A stretch of 64,000 bases of DNA from Trichormus sp. ATA11-4-KO1 (GCA_019358915.1 JAHHIM010000001.1:1-64000), one strand, 5' to 3'. Counted from the first letter of the stretch, positions 29,283-38,432 are shown. Numbers and translations: made by a program. Notes: generated by a model not told the origin, from the sequence alone.

Positions 29283-31823
29283 TTGACTATGAAGGGGAAA
29301 ATAAAAAACAATCAGGAAGATAGCCCAGTGGCTAAACATCAATCCAAACAGCGCTCACAAAAACACGTCTCTAGCACAGGGACGGAGCTTACTGAAAACT
29401 CCTTTAGGATGCAACTGCAAGAATTGCTGAAGCAGCAAAAATATCGGCAGGCATTGGAAGAAATCAAAAAAATTCAACGAACGCACCCTAATATCGAATT
29501 TACTCCCAAAGCATCAGAGATTTGGTTGCTGCGGGGTCAGCAAGAATTCCAAAAACAAGATTTTAAACAGGCAGAAAAATCCTTTGCCCGCGCTCTGGAA
29601 TTTGGTTTGGTTGGAGAAGTTCACTACTGGCAAGCTAGATGTTTGCTGGAGTTGAACCAATTAGATACTGCACTGAATTTGCTCAGAAATGCTTTTGAGG
29701 CAGGCAACCTCATCAAAGACTACAGCATCTGTTATCTCAAGCTCCTATTGCTCAAAGGAGATACCGCCACAGTTGAACAGTTAATTAACGAACAATCCAA
29801 ACGATTTAGCGCTGCCCAACTCCACTGGGTACGCGGGGTGCTGGCTCTCAAGCATGGAGAACACCAAGCCGCTTTGACATCTTTTCAAAAAATTAAGCGC
29901 CCGATTACACCAGGAGATTTACCAATTGCTTGGATTATTTACAGCCAGCAAGTAAGTGGTAATTGGAACGCAGCAGCTAATCTTTTGGGGTTGCAGTCAT
30001 CTAGATATACCTTCGGCAAACCAAAGTATTTGGAACATCCAATTTTAGAGCGATTGGCAACTGCCCAACAGGCTCATACTGGAATCCCACCCCTAGAAGC
30101 CCGGAATTGGGAACGAGAAGATCCAGTTATCCAAGATGCACTATCAGCTTTGGCGATTGTACAGCTAATTGATAGTGACAACCATCATGATGCTGCCCAT
30201 GTGTTGCTACAGATGTCCAAGCGTTCAACTCGTTTCTCAGAACTAAAGAACCTGCGAAAATCACTATTTACTCTTGCAGGTCAACAAGCACTGAATCAAG
30301 GAAAAGCAGAATGTGCGGAGTTATTTTGGCAGCCTTTGTTAACAGAGAAACCCTTCAATCCTCAGTTGGCAGTCAACCTGTTAGAAGTCTTAGACGCTAA
30401 TGATTCTGACAAAGAACGCCCCCGCGTTGTCACTCAATTTTTGCGGTGGTTAGAACAGGAAGGAAAACAAAAACCGCAAGAATGGCCAGATACACGCTTA
30501 AAACCAACCTTAGCTCATCTGCACTGCTGGATGGCAGATGCCTACATGGCAATAGGTCGGGAACGCGCCGCTTTCGGAGCATTGCAACAAGCAGAACGCA
30601 TTTGTCCCACATCGCCAGAGTTACTGGGGCGTAAAGGACTAGTTGCGGCAATGGAGGAAAATTATACTGAAGCGATCTCACTGCTTACCCAAGCACTAGA
30701 AGGTGGATGTCAGTATGTCGAAGTTTACGGCATTTTGCTGCGATGTTGGGAGAAAGTAGGAGACAAACAAGCACGTAATGAAGCTCGGCGGAAATTTGGC
30801 AAGCACTTTGGCGACCTGAGTATTGAAACTGAAGTGGAAATATTGCCTTGGGTAGATGCTCTATCTACGTTAAATTATCCCTTATTTAGCCGTCTGGTGC
30901 AGACAGAAGATAAAAAAGATCCTGCTATACGTGCTTGTCAGATATTCGTGAATGCAGTCCAAAGTCCGCCCAATTCCGGCGGTCGAGTTTCATTACACCA
31001 AAAAGCAGCATTTGTTGCATGGGACACTCTCCTGAAAAAATTATCTGGTCAAGAACAAATTCCTGTATTGCAGGCAATTTCTCTTTCTATCCACCTCTTC
31101 GCCAAACGTGAAAAAGGCATCGCCGCTTTAACAAGTCAGTATCTACAAAAATTATTCAACTTATCAACAGAATACCCAGAAGCCAGAGTTGCTCATTTAG
31201 TTGTTTTAGCCGTCAAAGAAAATAATCCCCAAAAACTAGAACCTCCTCTACGTAACTACCTCGACACGATGCCACAGCCAGGAAATGCTCTGGCAAATAT
31301 TCAACTCCAGGTGCGCCGTTTTGGCGAGATTACAACCCTTGTACCTGCCCTGTCAGAAGCACTACGTCGGGAACCCCAAAATCCTTTGCTACTATTAGCT
31401 AGAGCTACTACCTACCAGGTTGATCACCCAAACTATGAACAATTCAAGCAACAGGGATTTGAATTAGCCCGTCGTTTACAAGATGTCAAAGCATTGCAAG
31501 CATTTCGGGAAGAACAGGCTTTTCTCTCCGCTCAAGAAGTAACTAACATAATGCCAGACCCAGACAATTTTGACAATTTGGATATATCAAATATTGATGA
31601 GTTATTAGAGGGGATGCTTAAAAAAATGTTGGGTAACAAAATGTCCAAAGCTGAGTTTGAACGGATGCTTCCAGAACTCAAGCAAATGATGTTAAACAGT
31701 ATGCCTAACTTCGATGAAGATGAGGAAGAAGAGCCAGACTTAGACTTTATCTTTAGAAACTTACCACCTACATCTAAGAAACGAAAGGGTAGGAGAAAAG
31801 GAGGTTTTCAAGAATTATTTTAA
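29283..31823 (+). CDS. large TPR-repeat protein (846 aa; true start may be GTG 29328)
   Basis: Multiple TPR-like units (e.g. WLLRGQQEFQKQDFKQAEKSFARALE, LLGRKGLVAAMEENYTEAISLLTQALE); acidic then basic C-terminal tail. Confidence 0.85.
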   Translation: MTMKGKIKNNQEDSPVAKHQSKQRSQKHVSSTGTELTENSFRMQLQELLKQQKYRQALEEIKKIQRTHPNIEFTPKASEIWLLRGQQEFQKQDFKQAEKSFARALEFGLVGEVHYWQARCLLELNQLDTALNLLRNAFEAGNLIKDYSICYLKLLLLKGDTATVEQLINEQSKRFSAAQLHWVRGVLALKHGEHQAALTSFQKIKRPITPGDLPIAWIIYSQQVSGNWNAAANLLGLQSSRYTFGKPKYLEHPILERLATAQQAHTGIPPLEARNWEREDPVIQDALSALAIVQLIDSDNHHDAAHVLLQMSKRSTRFSELKNLRKSLFTLAGQQALNQGKAECAELFWQPLLTEKPFNPQLAVNLLEVLDANDSDKERPRVVTQFLRWLEQEGKQKPQEWPDTRLKPTLAHLHCWMADAYMAIGRERAAFGALQQAERICPTSPELLGRKGLVAAMEENYTEAISLLTQALEGGCQYVEVYGILLRCWEKVGDKQARNEARRKFGKHFGDLSIETEVEILPWVDALSTLNYPLFSRLVQTEDKKDPAIRACQIFVNAVQSPPNSGGRVSLHQKAAFVAWDTLLKKLSGQEQIPVLQAISLSIHLFAKREKGIAALTSQYLQKLFNLSTEYPEARVAHLVVLAVKENNPQKLEPPLRNYLDTMPQPGNALANIQLQVRRFGEITTLVPALSEALRREPQNPLLLLARATTYQVDHPNYEQFKQQGFELARRLQDVKALQAFREEQAFLSAQEVTNIMPDPDNFDNLDISNIDELLEGMLKKMLGNKMSKAEFERMLPELKQMMLNSMPNFDEDEEEEPDLDFIFRNLPPTSKKRKGRRKGGFQELF

Positions 31824-31888
31824 AATTTCTTTTTAAGGGGGTTGTATTTAGTAGTGATAACCAACAAATAGTAAATTGGGAATTTTTT

Positions 31889-32185
31889 ATGACTGACCAC
31901 TACGAACAATTAGGAATTTCTCCAGGAGCAACAAGCGCCCAAATTAAAGCGGCGTATCATGCCAAGCTGCGTGAATTTCCCGCTCATACTTATCCAGAAG
32001 AGTTTAAGGCAATTCGAGGAGCTTATGAGGCAGTTCGTAAAGGAGAAACAACTCAACATGAGGATTTCTTAAAATTTCGTCCACTAGAAGCAGAACTGAA
32101 TCCAGAGATATTAAAACAGGTGCGAGAAAAAGCGCTTGCTCAACTAGAAGTTAGCCTGGATGATTTAATTCGTGCCACATTTTAA
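31889..32185 (+). CDS. minimal J-domain-like protein lacking the HPD motif
   Basis: DHYEQLGISPGATSAQIKAAY...EEFKAIRGAYEAV follows J-domain helices I-III; the HPD position reads FPA. Confidence 0.85.
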   Translation: MTDHYEQLGISPGATSAQIKAAYHAKLREFPAHTYPEEFKAIRGAYEAVRKGETTQHEDFLKFRPLEAELNPEILKQVREKALAQLEVSLDDLIRATF

Positions 32186-32296
32186 ATAATTCGTAACGGG
32201 CTACGCTCTAAGCAAAGCTATGCCGCAGGCTTTACGTAATTCGTAATTGTTAGTTACTGATTTTTCTAATGTCCGCTAACTATTGACCAATGACTA

Positions 32297-33064
32297 ATGA
32301 CTAATGACAAAGAAGCTTTATTTGCCAAATTTCTAGATTATTTACACTCAGAACAACCACTCCCTGAATATCTGGGTGAACCACCAGAATCCGCTAATTC
32401 CTTTGACCCCTATCAAATGGTGGCAGAATGGACTGCCCTGCGCCATGAAGTTAAGCAACAGGGTAAACTATTGCGTTCTACTCAAGATGCTCTTGTGCAA
32501 GCATTGGAAGTAACTCGCGCAGATAAAGAACAGTTGCAAATACGTCTGGAAGAAAGCCAAAAACAGGCATGGGGACAATTTGAGCAGCAGCAGGAGAAAC
32601 TGTTAAAAGATTTGCTGGGTATCCTGGATGCTTTAGATCAGGCTTGTACTTACTGGCAAGAGGAAATAGAAGCATTATCTGCTACCTCAAAACCAAAACC
32701 AGCAACACAAAAAAGCTTCTGGGAGAAACTAGGACAATGGTTTCCTGGCAAGGAAGCTCAGTCAATAGTGTCTGAAAAATCACTAACATCATCAGATTTA
32801 AGTGAAATTTTAACCAGCAACCAACAGGGTGTGGAGTTAATTAGGCGATCTCTTTTAGAGTTACTACAACAACGGCGTGTTGTTCCGATTACATCTATGG
32901 GAAAACCTTTTGATTCCCAGACAATGTATGCTGTGGGACGTGAGTCTAGAACAGATGTTACAGACAATACCGTAATTCAGGAAATAGTACGGGGTTATTT
33001 ATGGGGCGAACGCGTTCTGAGGGAAGCACAGGTGATTGTAGCGGCACAAGGGACTCTTGATTAG
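32297..33064 (+). CDS. GrpE-like nucleotide exchange factor
   Basis: LLKDLLGILDALDQA, GVELIRRSL, GKPFDSQTMYAV and EIVRGYLWGERVLREAQVIV motifs. Confidence 0.88.
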   Translation: MTNDKEALFAKFLDYLHSEQPLPEYLGEPPESANSFDPYQMVAEWTALRHEVKQQGKLLRSTQDALVQALEVTRADKEQLQIRLEESQKQAWGQFEQQQEKLLKDLLGILDALDQACTYWQEEIEALSATSKPKPATQKSFWEKLGQWFPGKEAQSIVSEKSLTSSDLSEILTSNQQGVELIRRSLLELLQQRRVVPITSMGKPFDSQTMYAVGRESRTDVTDNTVIQEIVRGYLWGERVLREAQVIVAAQGTLD

Positions 33065-33113
33065 GGACGCTGGGGCTGGGGAAATTAGTGCAGTTTACTT
33101 TTAATGGAATTTT

Positions 33114-34874
33114 ATGAAAGCAGTTGGTATTGACTTAGGCACAACAAATTCCGAAGTGGCGATTGTCGAAAACGGACAGGTGCGGGTATTGCCAGGCGAA
33201 GATGGCGACTTAATTTTACCTTCCTGTGTGGGATTTAGCGATACGGGAAAACTACTAGTGGGGCGTGAAGCACTCCGTCAGTATGCAGCAGCACCTGAAC
33301 GTACCGTGAAGTCAATTAAGCGGTGGATGGGAACTGACCACAAAACCACTTTAGGAGACAAAGAATACTTACCTCACGAAGTTTCTGCTATTATTCTCCG
33401 CGCCCTGAAACAACGGGCTGAAAATGCTTTGGGAGAAACAATTACCCAAGCAGTGATTACGGTTCCAGCCTACTTTACGGACGCTCAACGGCAGGCAACT
33501 AAAACTGCTGGCGAGATAGCTGGTTTGGAGGTACTGCAAATTATCAACGAACCAACGGCGGCGGCTTTAGCTTATGATTTACGCTCCGAAGAGACGGAAC
33601 GAGTTGTAGTTTATGACTTGGGAGGTGGTACTTTTGATGTGTCGGTAGTTGAAATTACGGGTGAAGTTACAGAAGTACTAGCTAGTCATGGTAATAACCG
33701 CTTAGGTGGAGACGATTTCGACAGACTTTTGCAACTGCATCTGGCAGATTTATTCCGCAAACAGCATGGTGTCGATGTGCCAGATGATGCGGCTACCCAG
33801 GTGCGTCTCCTGAGAGCAGCAGAGCAGTTAAAAATTGACCTGAGTTCCCATGCTTTTGCCACAGTCCGGGAAGCCTTTTTAGGTAGTAAAGGCAAGACGG
33901 CACTACATCTGGAGACAGAAGTAGCACGAGCAGATTTTGAAAAATTGATTCGCCCACTATTGGCAGAAACCCTAGAGGCAATTGACCGCGCACTAACAGA
34001 CGCCAGCCTAGAACCCAATGAGATTGACCGGATTATCCTAGTTGGTGGTTCTACACGCATTCCTCTAGTACAACAAATGATCCAAGAGCATCTGGGACAA
34101 AACCCCACTGATGGCATTCAACCAGACCTTTGTGTAGCATTAGGAGCAGCTTTACAAGCTGGGGTACTGGTAGGTGAATCAGTGGATGCGATTCTTGTAG
34201 ATGTGATTCCCCATTCCCTGGGCATTGCTGCGGCTGTGCCTACACCAATGGGTATTATGCCAGGTTACTTCAGTGTGATTATTCCCCGCAACAGCGTTGT
34301 TCCCGTTTCTCGCTCTCATGTTTATTCCACTTTGTTTGATGAACAAGAAGTGGTAGAAATCGAAGTTTTTCAGGGAGAAAATGCGGTTGCTGAAGAAAAT
34401 GTTCCTCTAGGTTCCTTTAGAGTAGAGAACTTACCACCCAAACCAGCCGGAGGTATTGAAGTCGAGGTTCACTTTGACTTTGACCTAAATGGCATTCTCA
34501 CTGTCACCACTACTGAGAAAGGCAAAGGGCAACAAGGAACGCTAGTAGTAAATAATGCAGGTATCAAGAAACTTTCTAGCCATGAATTGAAGCAAGCAAG
34601 GGCAGATTTAGAGGCATTGTTTGACAGTGATGAAACAATTGAAATCTCAAGCGAAGAGACAAGCTCTGTAGTAGAAATCGCTCCAGAATTAGCAGCACTT
34701 TTAGACCGCGCGGGGCAAGCACTTCTTACGGTAGACTCTGAACAAGCTCTTGAATTACAAGACTTATTAGGACAGATTGAAAATGCGATCGCTAACAATA
34801 ATCCAGAACTACCCCAGTTAAAAGAAGAACTCTCAGATTTTCTTTACTACGCAATTTCCAATGAGTCAGAGTGA
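33114..34874 (+). CDS. Hsp70-family chaperone (divergent DnaK paralog)
   Basis: GIDLGTTNS, VITVPAYF, INEPTAAALAY, YDLGGGTFDVS, LGGDDFD and LVGGSTRIP motifs; substrate-binding beta domain present; lid region divergent and short. Confidence 0.95.
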   Translation: MKAVGIDLGTTNSEVAIVENGQVRVLPGEDGDLILPSCVGFSDTGKLLVGREALRQYAAAPERTVKSIKRWMGTDHKTTLGDKEYLPHEVSAIILRALKQRAENALGETITQAVITVPAYFTDAQRQATKTAGEIAGLEVLQIINEPTAAALAYDLRSEETERVVVYDLGGGTFDVSVVEITGEVTEVLASHGNNRLGGDDFDRLLQLHLADLFRKQHGVDVPDDAATQVRLLRAAEQLKIDLSSHAFATVREAFLGSKGKTALHLETEVARADFEKLIRPLLAETLEAIDRALTDASLEPNEIDRIILVGGSTRIPLVQQMIQEHLGQNPTDGIQPDLCVALGAALQAGVLVGESVDAILVDVIPHSLGIAAAVPTPMGIMPGYFSVIIPRNSVVPVSRSHVYSTLFDEQEVVEIEVFQGENAVAEENVPLGSFRVENLPPKPAGGIEVEVHFDFDLNGILTVTTTEKGKGQQGTLVVNNAGIKKLSSHELKQARADLEALFDSDETIEISSEETSSVVEIAPELAALLDRAGQALLTVDSEQALELQDLLGQIENAIANNNPELPQLKEELSDFLYYAISNESE

Positions 34875-34880
34875 GAAATC

Positions 34881-35354
34881 ATGAAATGTCCTGTCTGTGG
34901 TGCAGTTTATCGTCCAATAAAGGGGAGCAGAGTCGGGATTGAGCAGCATAATAAGCATAATAATGATTATAAGGAAGAAACTGCTACCATATCTGCCTCA
35001 TCTTCCCCATCTCCCTTACTCAGCACTGCTTCTTCCTCCCCAACTTGCAGACGCTGCAAAGTAGACTTGTCTGACTTGTTCCGTCTGCACGACCAAGCCA
35101 TCTGGTATCACAGACAAGCAATACATTTATTGACACAAGGACGTTATCCAGAGGCTGCAGCGCACAATAATCAAGCTCTAGTTTTGTATTACAGCAATGC
35201 AGACTTCCATACCTTGGCGGGTAAATTATCGGCATTGCAAGGAAAATGGAGAGAAGCAATCTCATCTTGGCAACAAGCACTCAAGTTTGATCCACAAAAT
35301 GTCATTGCTTCTAATTGTCTGCAAATGATTGAGCTAATGACAAAAAATTGTTAA
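34881..35354 (+). CDS. zinc-ribbon plus TPR protein
   Basis: CPVC and CRRC pairs followed by two TPR-like units ending WQQALKFDPQN; starts 6 bp after the Hsp70 stop. Confidence 0.8.
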   Translation: MKCPVCGAVYRPIKGSRVGIEQHNKHNNDYKEETATISASSSPSPLLSTASSSPTCRRCKVDLSDLFRLHDQAIWYHRQAIHLLTQGRYPEAAAHNNQALVLYYSNADFHTLAGKLSALQGKWREAISSWQQALKFDPQNVIASNCLQMIELMTKNC

Positions 35355-35689
35355 TAAATGCAGGTTTCAAAATGTTACGACATAATACCGTGCGCTACAC
35401 GCAAATTTCACCGCAACGGTTTGAGTCTTTTGAGTTATTAAAGGTTTATTGTCATCGCGCTCCACTGTAATTTGTAGTACTTTGTAAGTACCATCTTTAA
35501 TATCAATGGTTGTGCGATGAATGGCACTAAGAAAAGCGAAAAGGTATGCAGGATAAGGACTACAGCTTTTAAAGCTATTGAAGAATGAAGGGAAGGGTTT
35601 TAGTCCACCGCAGGCGATCGCAAAAATTTTCGGTCTACTGAAGTTGCATTTGCGTTTTTGACAATCAACAGCCTAGAGGAGATATTGTA

Positions 35690-36199
35690 ATGACTTTTGA
35701 AAGAAAGGTAGCAGGAATCTTTAATATGAGCGAAACCACTTGGGAACGTCATGCCAATCCCTGGAGTGGGTGGACACGTATCATTACTGGGCTACCGTTT
35801 CTGATACTGGCTTTTTGGAGTCGAATTTGGCTTGGTTGGTGGGCACTGATTCCTATTGCTATCGTAGTTCTTTGGATATGGTTAAACCCACGCATCTTTC
35901 CTAAACCACGTTCAACCAACAATTGGGTTTCAAAATCGGTTCTAGGCGAACGAGTTTGGTTGAACCGTGACAAAATTTCAGTACCCCAGCATCATCGTCG
36001 TGTACCTAACATTCTCTCTGCTATTTCTGCTTTAGGTGGAGTTTTGGTGATTTGGGGCTTAGTTACTCTCAATATCTGGATTACACTGCTCGGAACCACC
36101 TCACACTACTCTGGCAAATTATGGTATCTGGATCGCATGGTTTGGCTTTATGAAGAGATGAAAGAGACAAACGCAGATTATCGGAGTTGGCTATATTAA
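35690..36199 (+). CDS. conserved membrane protein (DUF6653-like)
   Basis: WERHANPWSGWTR, WLNPRIFPKP, VLGERVWL and KLWYLDRMVWLY motifs; AGAGGAG SD. Confidence 0.7.
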   Translation: MTFERKVAGIFNMSETTWERHANPWSGWTRIITGLPFLILAFWSRIWLGWWALIPIAIVVLWIWLNPRIFPKPRSTNNWVSKSVLGERVWLNRDKISVPQHHRRVPNILSAISALGGVLVIWGLVTLNIWITLLGTTSHYSGKLWYLDRMVWLYEEMKETNADYRSWLY

Positions 36200-36262
36200 A
36201 GCGGTAGTCTAAGCTCGACTTTATCCATTTTTACGAAACGGAGAGCGATTTTTTTCGGGTGA

Positions 36263-36520
36263 ACAGTAGATATTCACTGCCAAAATCAGGTATATAACAA
36301 TGCGAGCACCTATATGGTAGTTAACAAGCTAGCAGAAGAAATTGCACCAAATGACTGGTACTTTAATGTAGTTCTGCGCGGTGCTGTCACCTGTGGACTA
36401 CCAGAGGAATATTGCTGGCATTTGTTTAATCATATGTACCAATTGCAACAGCGTCATCAAGAACAGCAAATCATGCGATCGGCTGAGCAATTATCAGTAC
36501 AACTAATTATCCAAACCTGA
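36263..36520 (+). pseudogene. 3' fragment of a gamma-glutamylcyclotransferase-family gene
   Basis: Frame reads VDIHCQNQVYNNASTYMVVNKLAEEIAPNDWYFNVVLRGAVTCGLPEEY, bounded upstream by TGA at 36260; the N-terminal YFAYGS motif is absent. Confidence 0.65.
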
Positions 36521-36650
36521 TATAAAATATCAGAAAACCCCAAGCTAGATTTAGCTGAGGTTTTAAGGCTATTTTCTATTAAATAGTCATAAGATTTAAC
36601 TTTTTTTGCTTCCTGGATTCAGGAGCCAAAAAGAATCAATCTAGACTTAT

Positions 36651-36953
36651 TTAGTAACGGCTACGGAAATTACCGCCGCCACGGTTACCACCAAAGGAAC
36701 CTCTATTATCTTCTCTGGGCTTAGCCTTATTCACTTTCAGGTCACGTCCCATCCATTCAGCACCATCAAGAGCTTCAATGGCTGCTGTTTCTTCATCATC
36801 TGTACCCATTTCAACAAATCCAAAACCGCGTAGTTGTCCTGTTTCGCGGTTAGTAGGTAGTTGAACGCGTTTTACAGAACCATATTCTGCAAAAACAGCA
36901 CTTAAAGTATCTTGTGTAACTTCGTAAGAGAGGTTGCCTACATAAACTGACAT
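36651..36953 (-). CDS. RRM RNA-binding protein (Rbp family) with Gly-rich tail
   Basis: RNP2 VYVGNL, RNP1 RGFGFVEM and WMGRDLKVNKAKPRE motifs. Confidence 0.96.
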   Translation of the reverse strand: MSVYVGNLSYEVTQDTLSAVFAEYGSVKRVQLPTNRETGQLRGFGFVEMGTDDEETAAIEALDGAEWMGRDLKVNKAKPREDNRGSFGGNRGGGNFRSRY

Positions 36954-37065
36954 AGATTTTCTCCAAAATCGTAAGAGTGTAGAGATTTCGATTTCGGGGA
37001 AAAGTCTGTAAATACCAAAAGGAAAGAGCCTGTCAATACTAAAAACAAAAGCTGTCCGCCGAATA
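36954..37065 (-). promoter_or_regulatory. conserved 5'-UTR boxes of cold-inducible cyanobacterial rbp genes
   Basis: Minus strand contains TTCGGCGG, TTTGTTTTTAGT and TCCCCGAA followed by a TTTTGGAGA SD, resembling the boxes described for Anabaena rbp leaders. Confidence 0.55.
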
Positions 37066-37341
37066 AATTCTCACTCTCCTACTATGACACAGCGGCCAAG
37101 GATTAGGGAGGAAGTGGGAAAAATTGTTATAAAAATACACATTATCCCAAGTTGCGATAATTTGCCGTCACTTGATGGCTGAAAGTACCATGAAAATAAG
37201 ATTTCCGAAAAAATCAGCCTCAAGTTATGAGCGATCGCCGAGTAAATTGGCAAAAACTCGCATGTTCACATAAATTTCGTGGTGAGTTTAATTAGCAGTA
37301 GCTACGTCCAGACCAAACACACCAGGGCAGCGAAGAAGCAA

Positions 37342-38331
37342 CTACAATGTGATCACAACTTTTCCCACTGCTTGACCAGACTCTGTGTGACGGTGAGCTT
37401 CTGCAATTTCAGCCAAACTAAATATCTGAAAATCAAGTAATGGACGTAGTTTTTTTTCATCTACCAATTGAGCTAATTTCCAGAGAATTTCTCCGTGATG
37501 GCTGCGACCTACACCGTATAGCATTGGAATCAACATGTAGACCAAGTGTAGTGTTAGTCCTTTGGCATGGAGCAATGTTAAATCCTGTTTTGAAATGGAA
37601 ACTAAAGAAACAACTGTTCCATTCAATCTTGCAGCTTTAAATGCATTCTGAAGATTATCATTACCTACAGTATCAAACACCACATCAAAACCTTGTCCAT
37701 CGGTGAATTCTGCCACAAATTCCTCAACTGGCTGTTGACGGTAGTTGATAGCGAAGTCAGCCCCAATTTTGTTGGCAATTATCGCCTTTTCATCACTAGA
37801 AATCAGTGCATATACCGTTGCACCTACCCACTTTGCCAGTTGAACCACAATGTGACCGACACCCCCGGTTGCTCCGTAAACCAAAACTTTTTGTCTAGGC
37901 TGAACCTGAGCGCGGTCAATTAATCCTTCCCAAGCCGTAATTGAAACTAAAGGTAGTGCAGCTGCTTCTGCCATAGTTAGTGACTTTGGTTTGAAAGCAA
38001 CTAAATTGTTGTCAGCAAGCATATACTCTGCTAAAGCTCCGCCCAATCCTTTTACACCACCAGCACAAGCATAGACTTCATCCCCAGCCTTGAAGCGATG
38101 AACTCCTTCTCCCACTGCTTCAATAACCCCAGCCACATCTCCATGCAGAATAGCTGGAAAATTAGGGGTAATATCCCCTAAAATGCCTTGTCGTATTTTC
38201 AAGTCAACTTGATTTACACTTGTTGCGGCCACTCGAATCAGGACATGATTAGGAAGAACTTCTGGAATAGGCAAATCTGCCTGTTGAAAAATATTTGGTT
38301 CGCCAAATTTCTCAATTACCCAAGCTTTCAT
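37342..38331 (-). CDS. MDR-family NAD(P)H:quinone oxidoreductase-like protein
   Basis: ILHGDVAGVI, AAALPLVSITAWEGL, GATGGVG and GKVVI motifs; ATG 38331. Confidence 0.88.
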   Translation of the reverse strand: MKAWVIEKFGEPNIFQQADLPIPEVLPNHVLIRVAATSVNQVDLKIRQGILGDITPNFPAILHGDVAGVIEAVGEGVHRFKAGDEVYACAGGVKGLGGALAEYMLADNNLVAFKPKSLTMAEAAALPLVSITAWEGLIDRAQVQPRQKVLVYGATGGVGHIVVQLAKWVGATVYALISSDEKAIIANKIGADFAINYRQQPVEEFVAEFTDGQGFDVVFDTVGNDNLQNAFKAARLNGTVVSLVSISKQDLTLLHAKGLTLHLVYMLIPMLYGVGRSHHGEILWKLAQLVDEKKLRPLLDFQIFSLAEIAEAHRHTESGQAVGKVVITL

Positions 38332-38432
38332 AGTCTTGCTTATCTGTAGAAACCTACATTTATTAAGTATCATTGCAGTATTCCCGCTTAAAAGGATTTA
38401 CACAAAAGTGCAATACTTACTTTTTGGTAAAC

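Noticed and set aside
29093..29311. 72-aa minus-strand ORF upstream of the TPR gene
   Set aside because: Largely antisense to the integrase remnant, which explains the region better.
33114..34874. Calling the Hsp70 the housekeeping dnaK
   Set aside because: Divergent linker, lid and R167-equivalent, with atypical partners; no gene symbol assigned.
35312..35670. Startless minus-strand open frame (~115 codons, ...AIHRTTIDIKDGTYKVLQITVERDDNKPLITQK...)
   Set aside because: Protein-like in part, but it has no start codon or family I can recognise; left for a blastx check.
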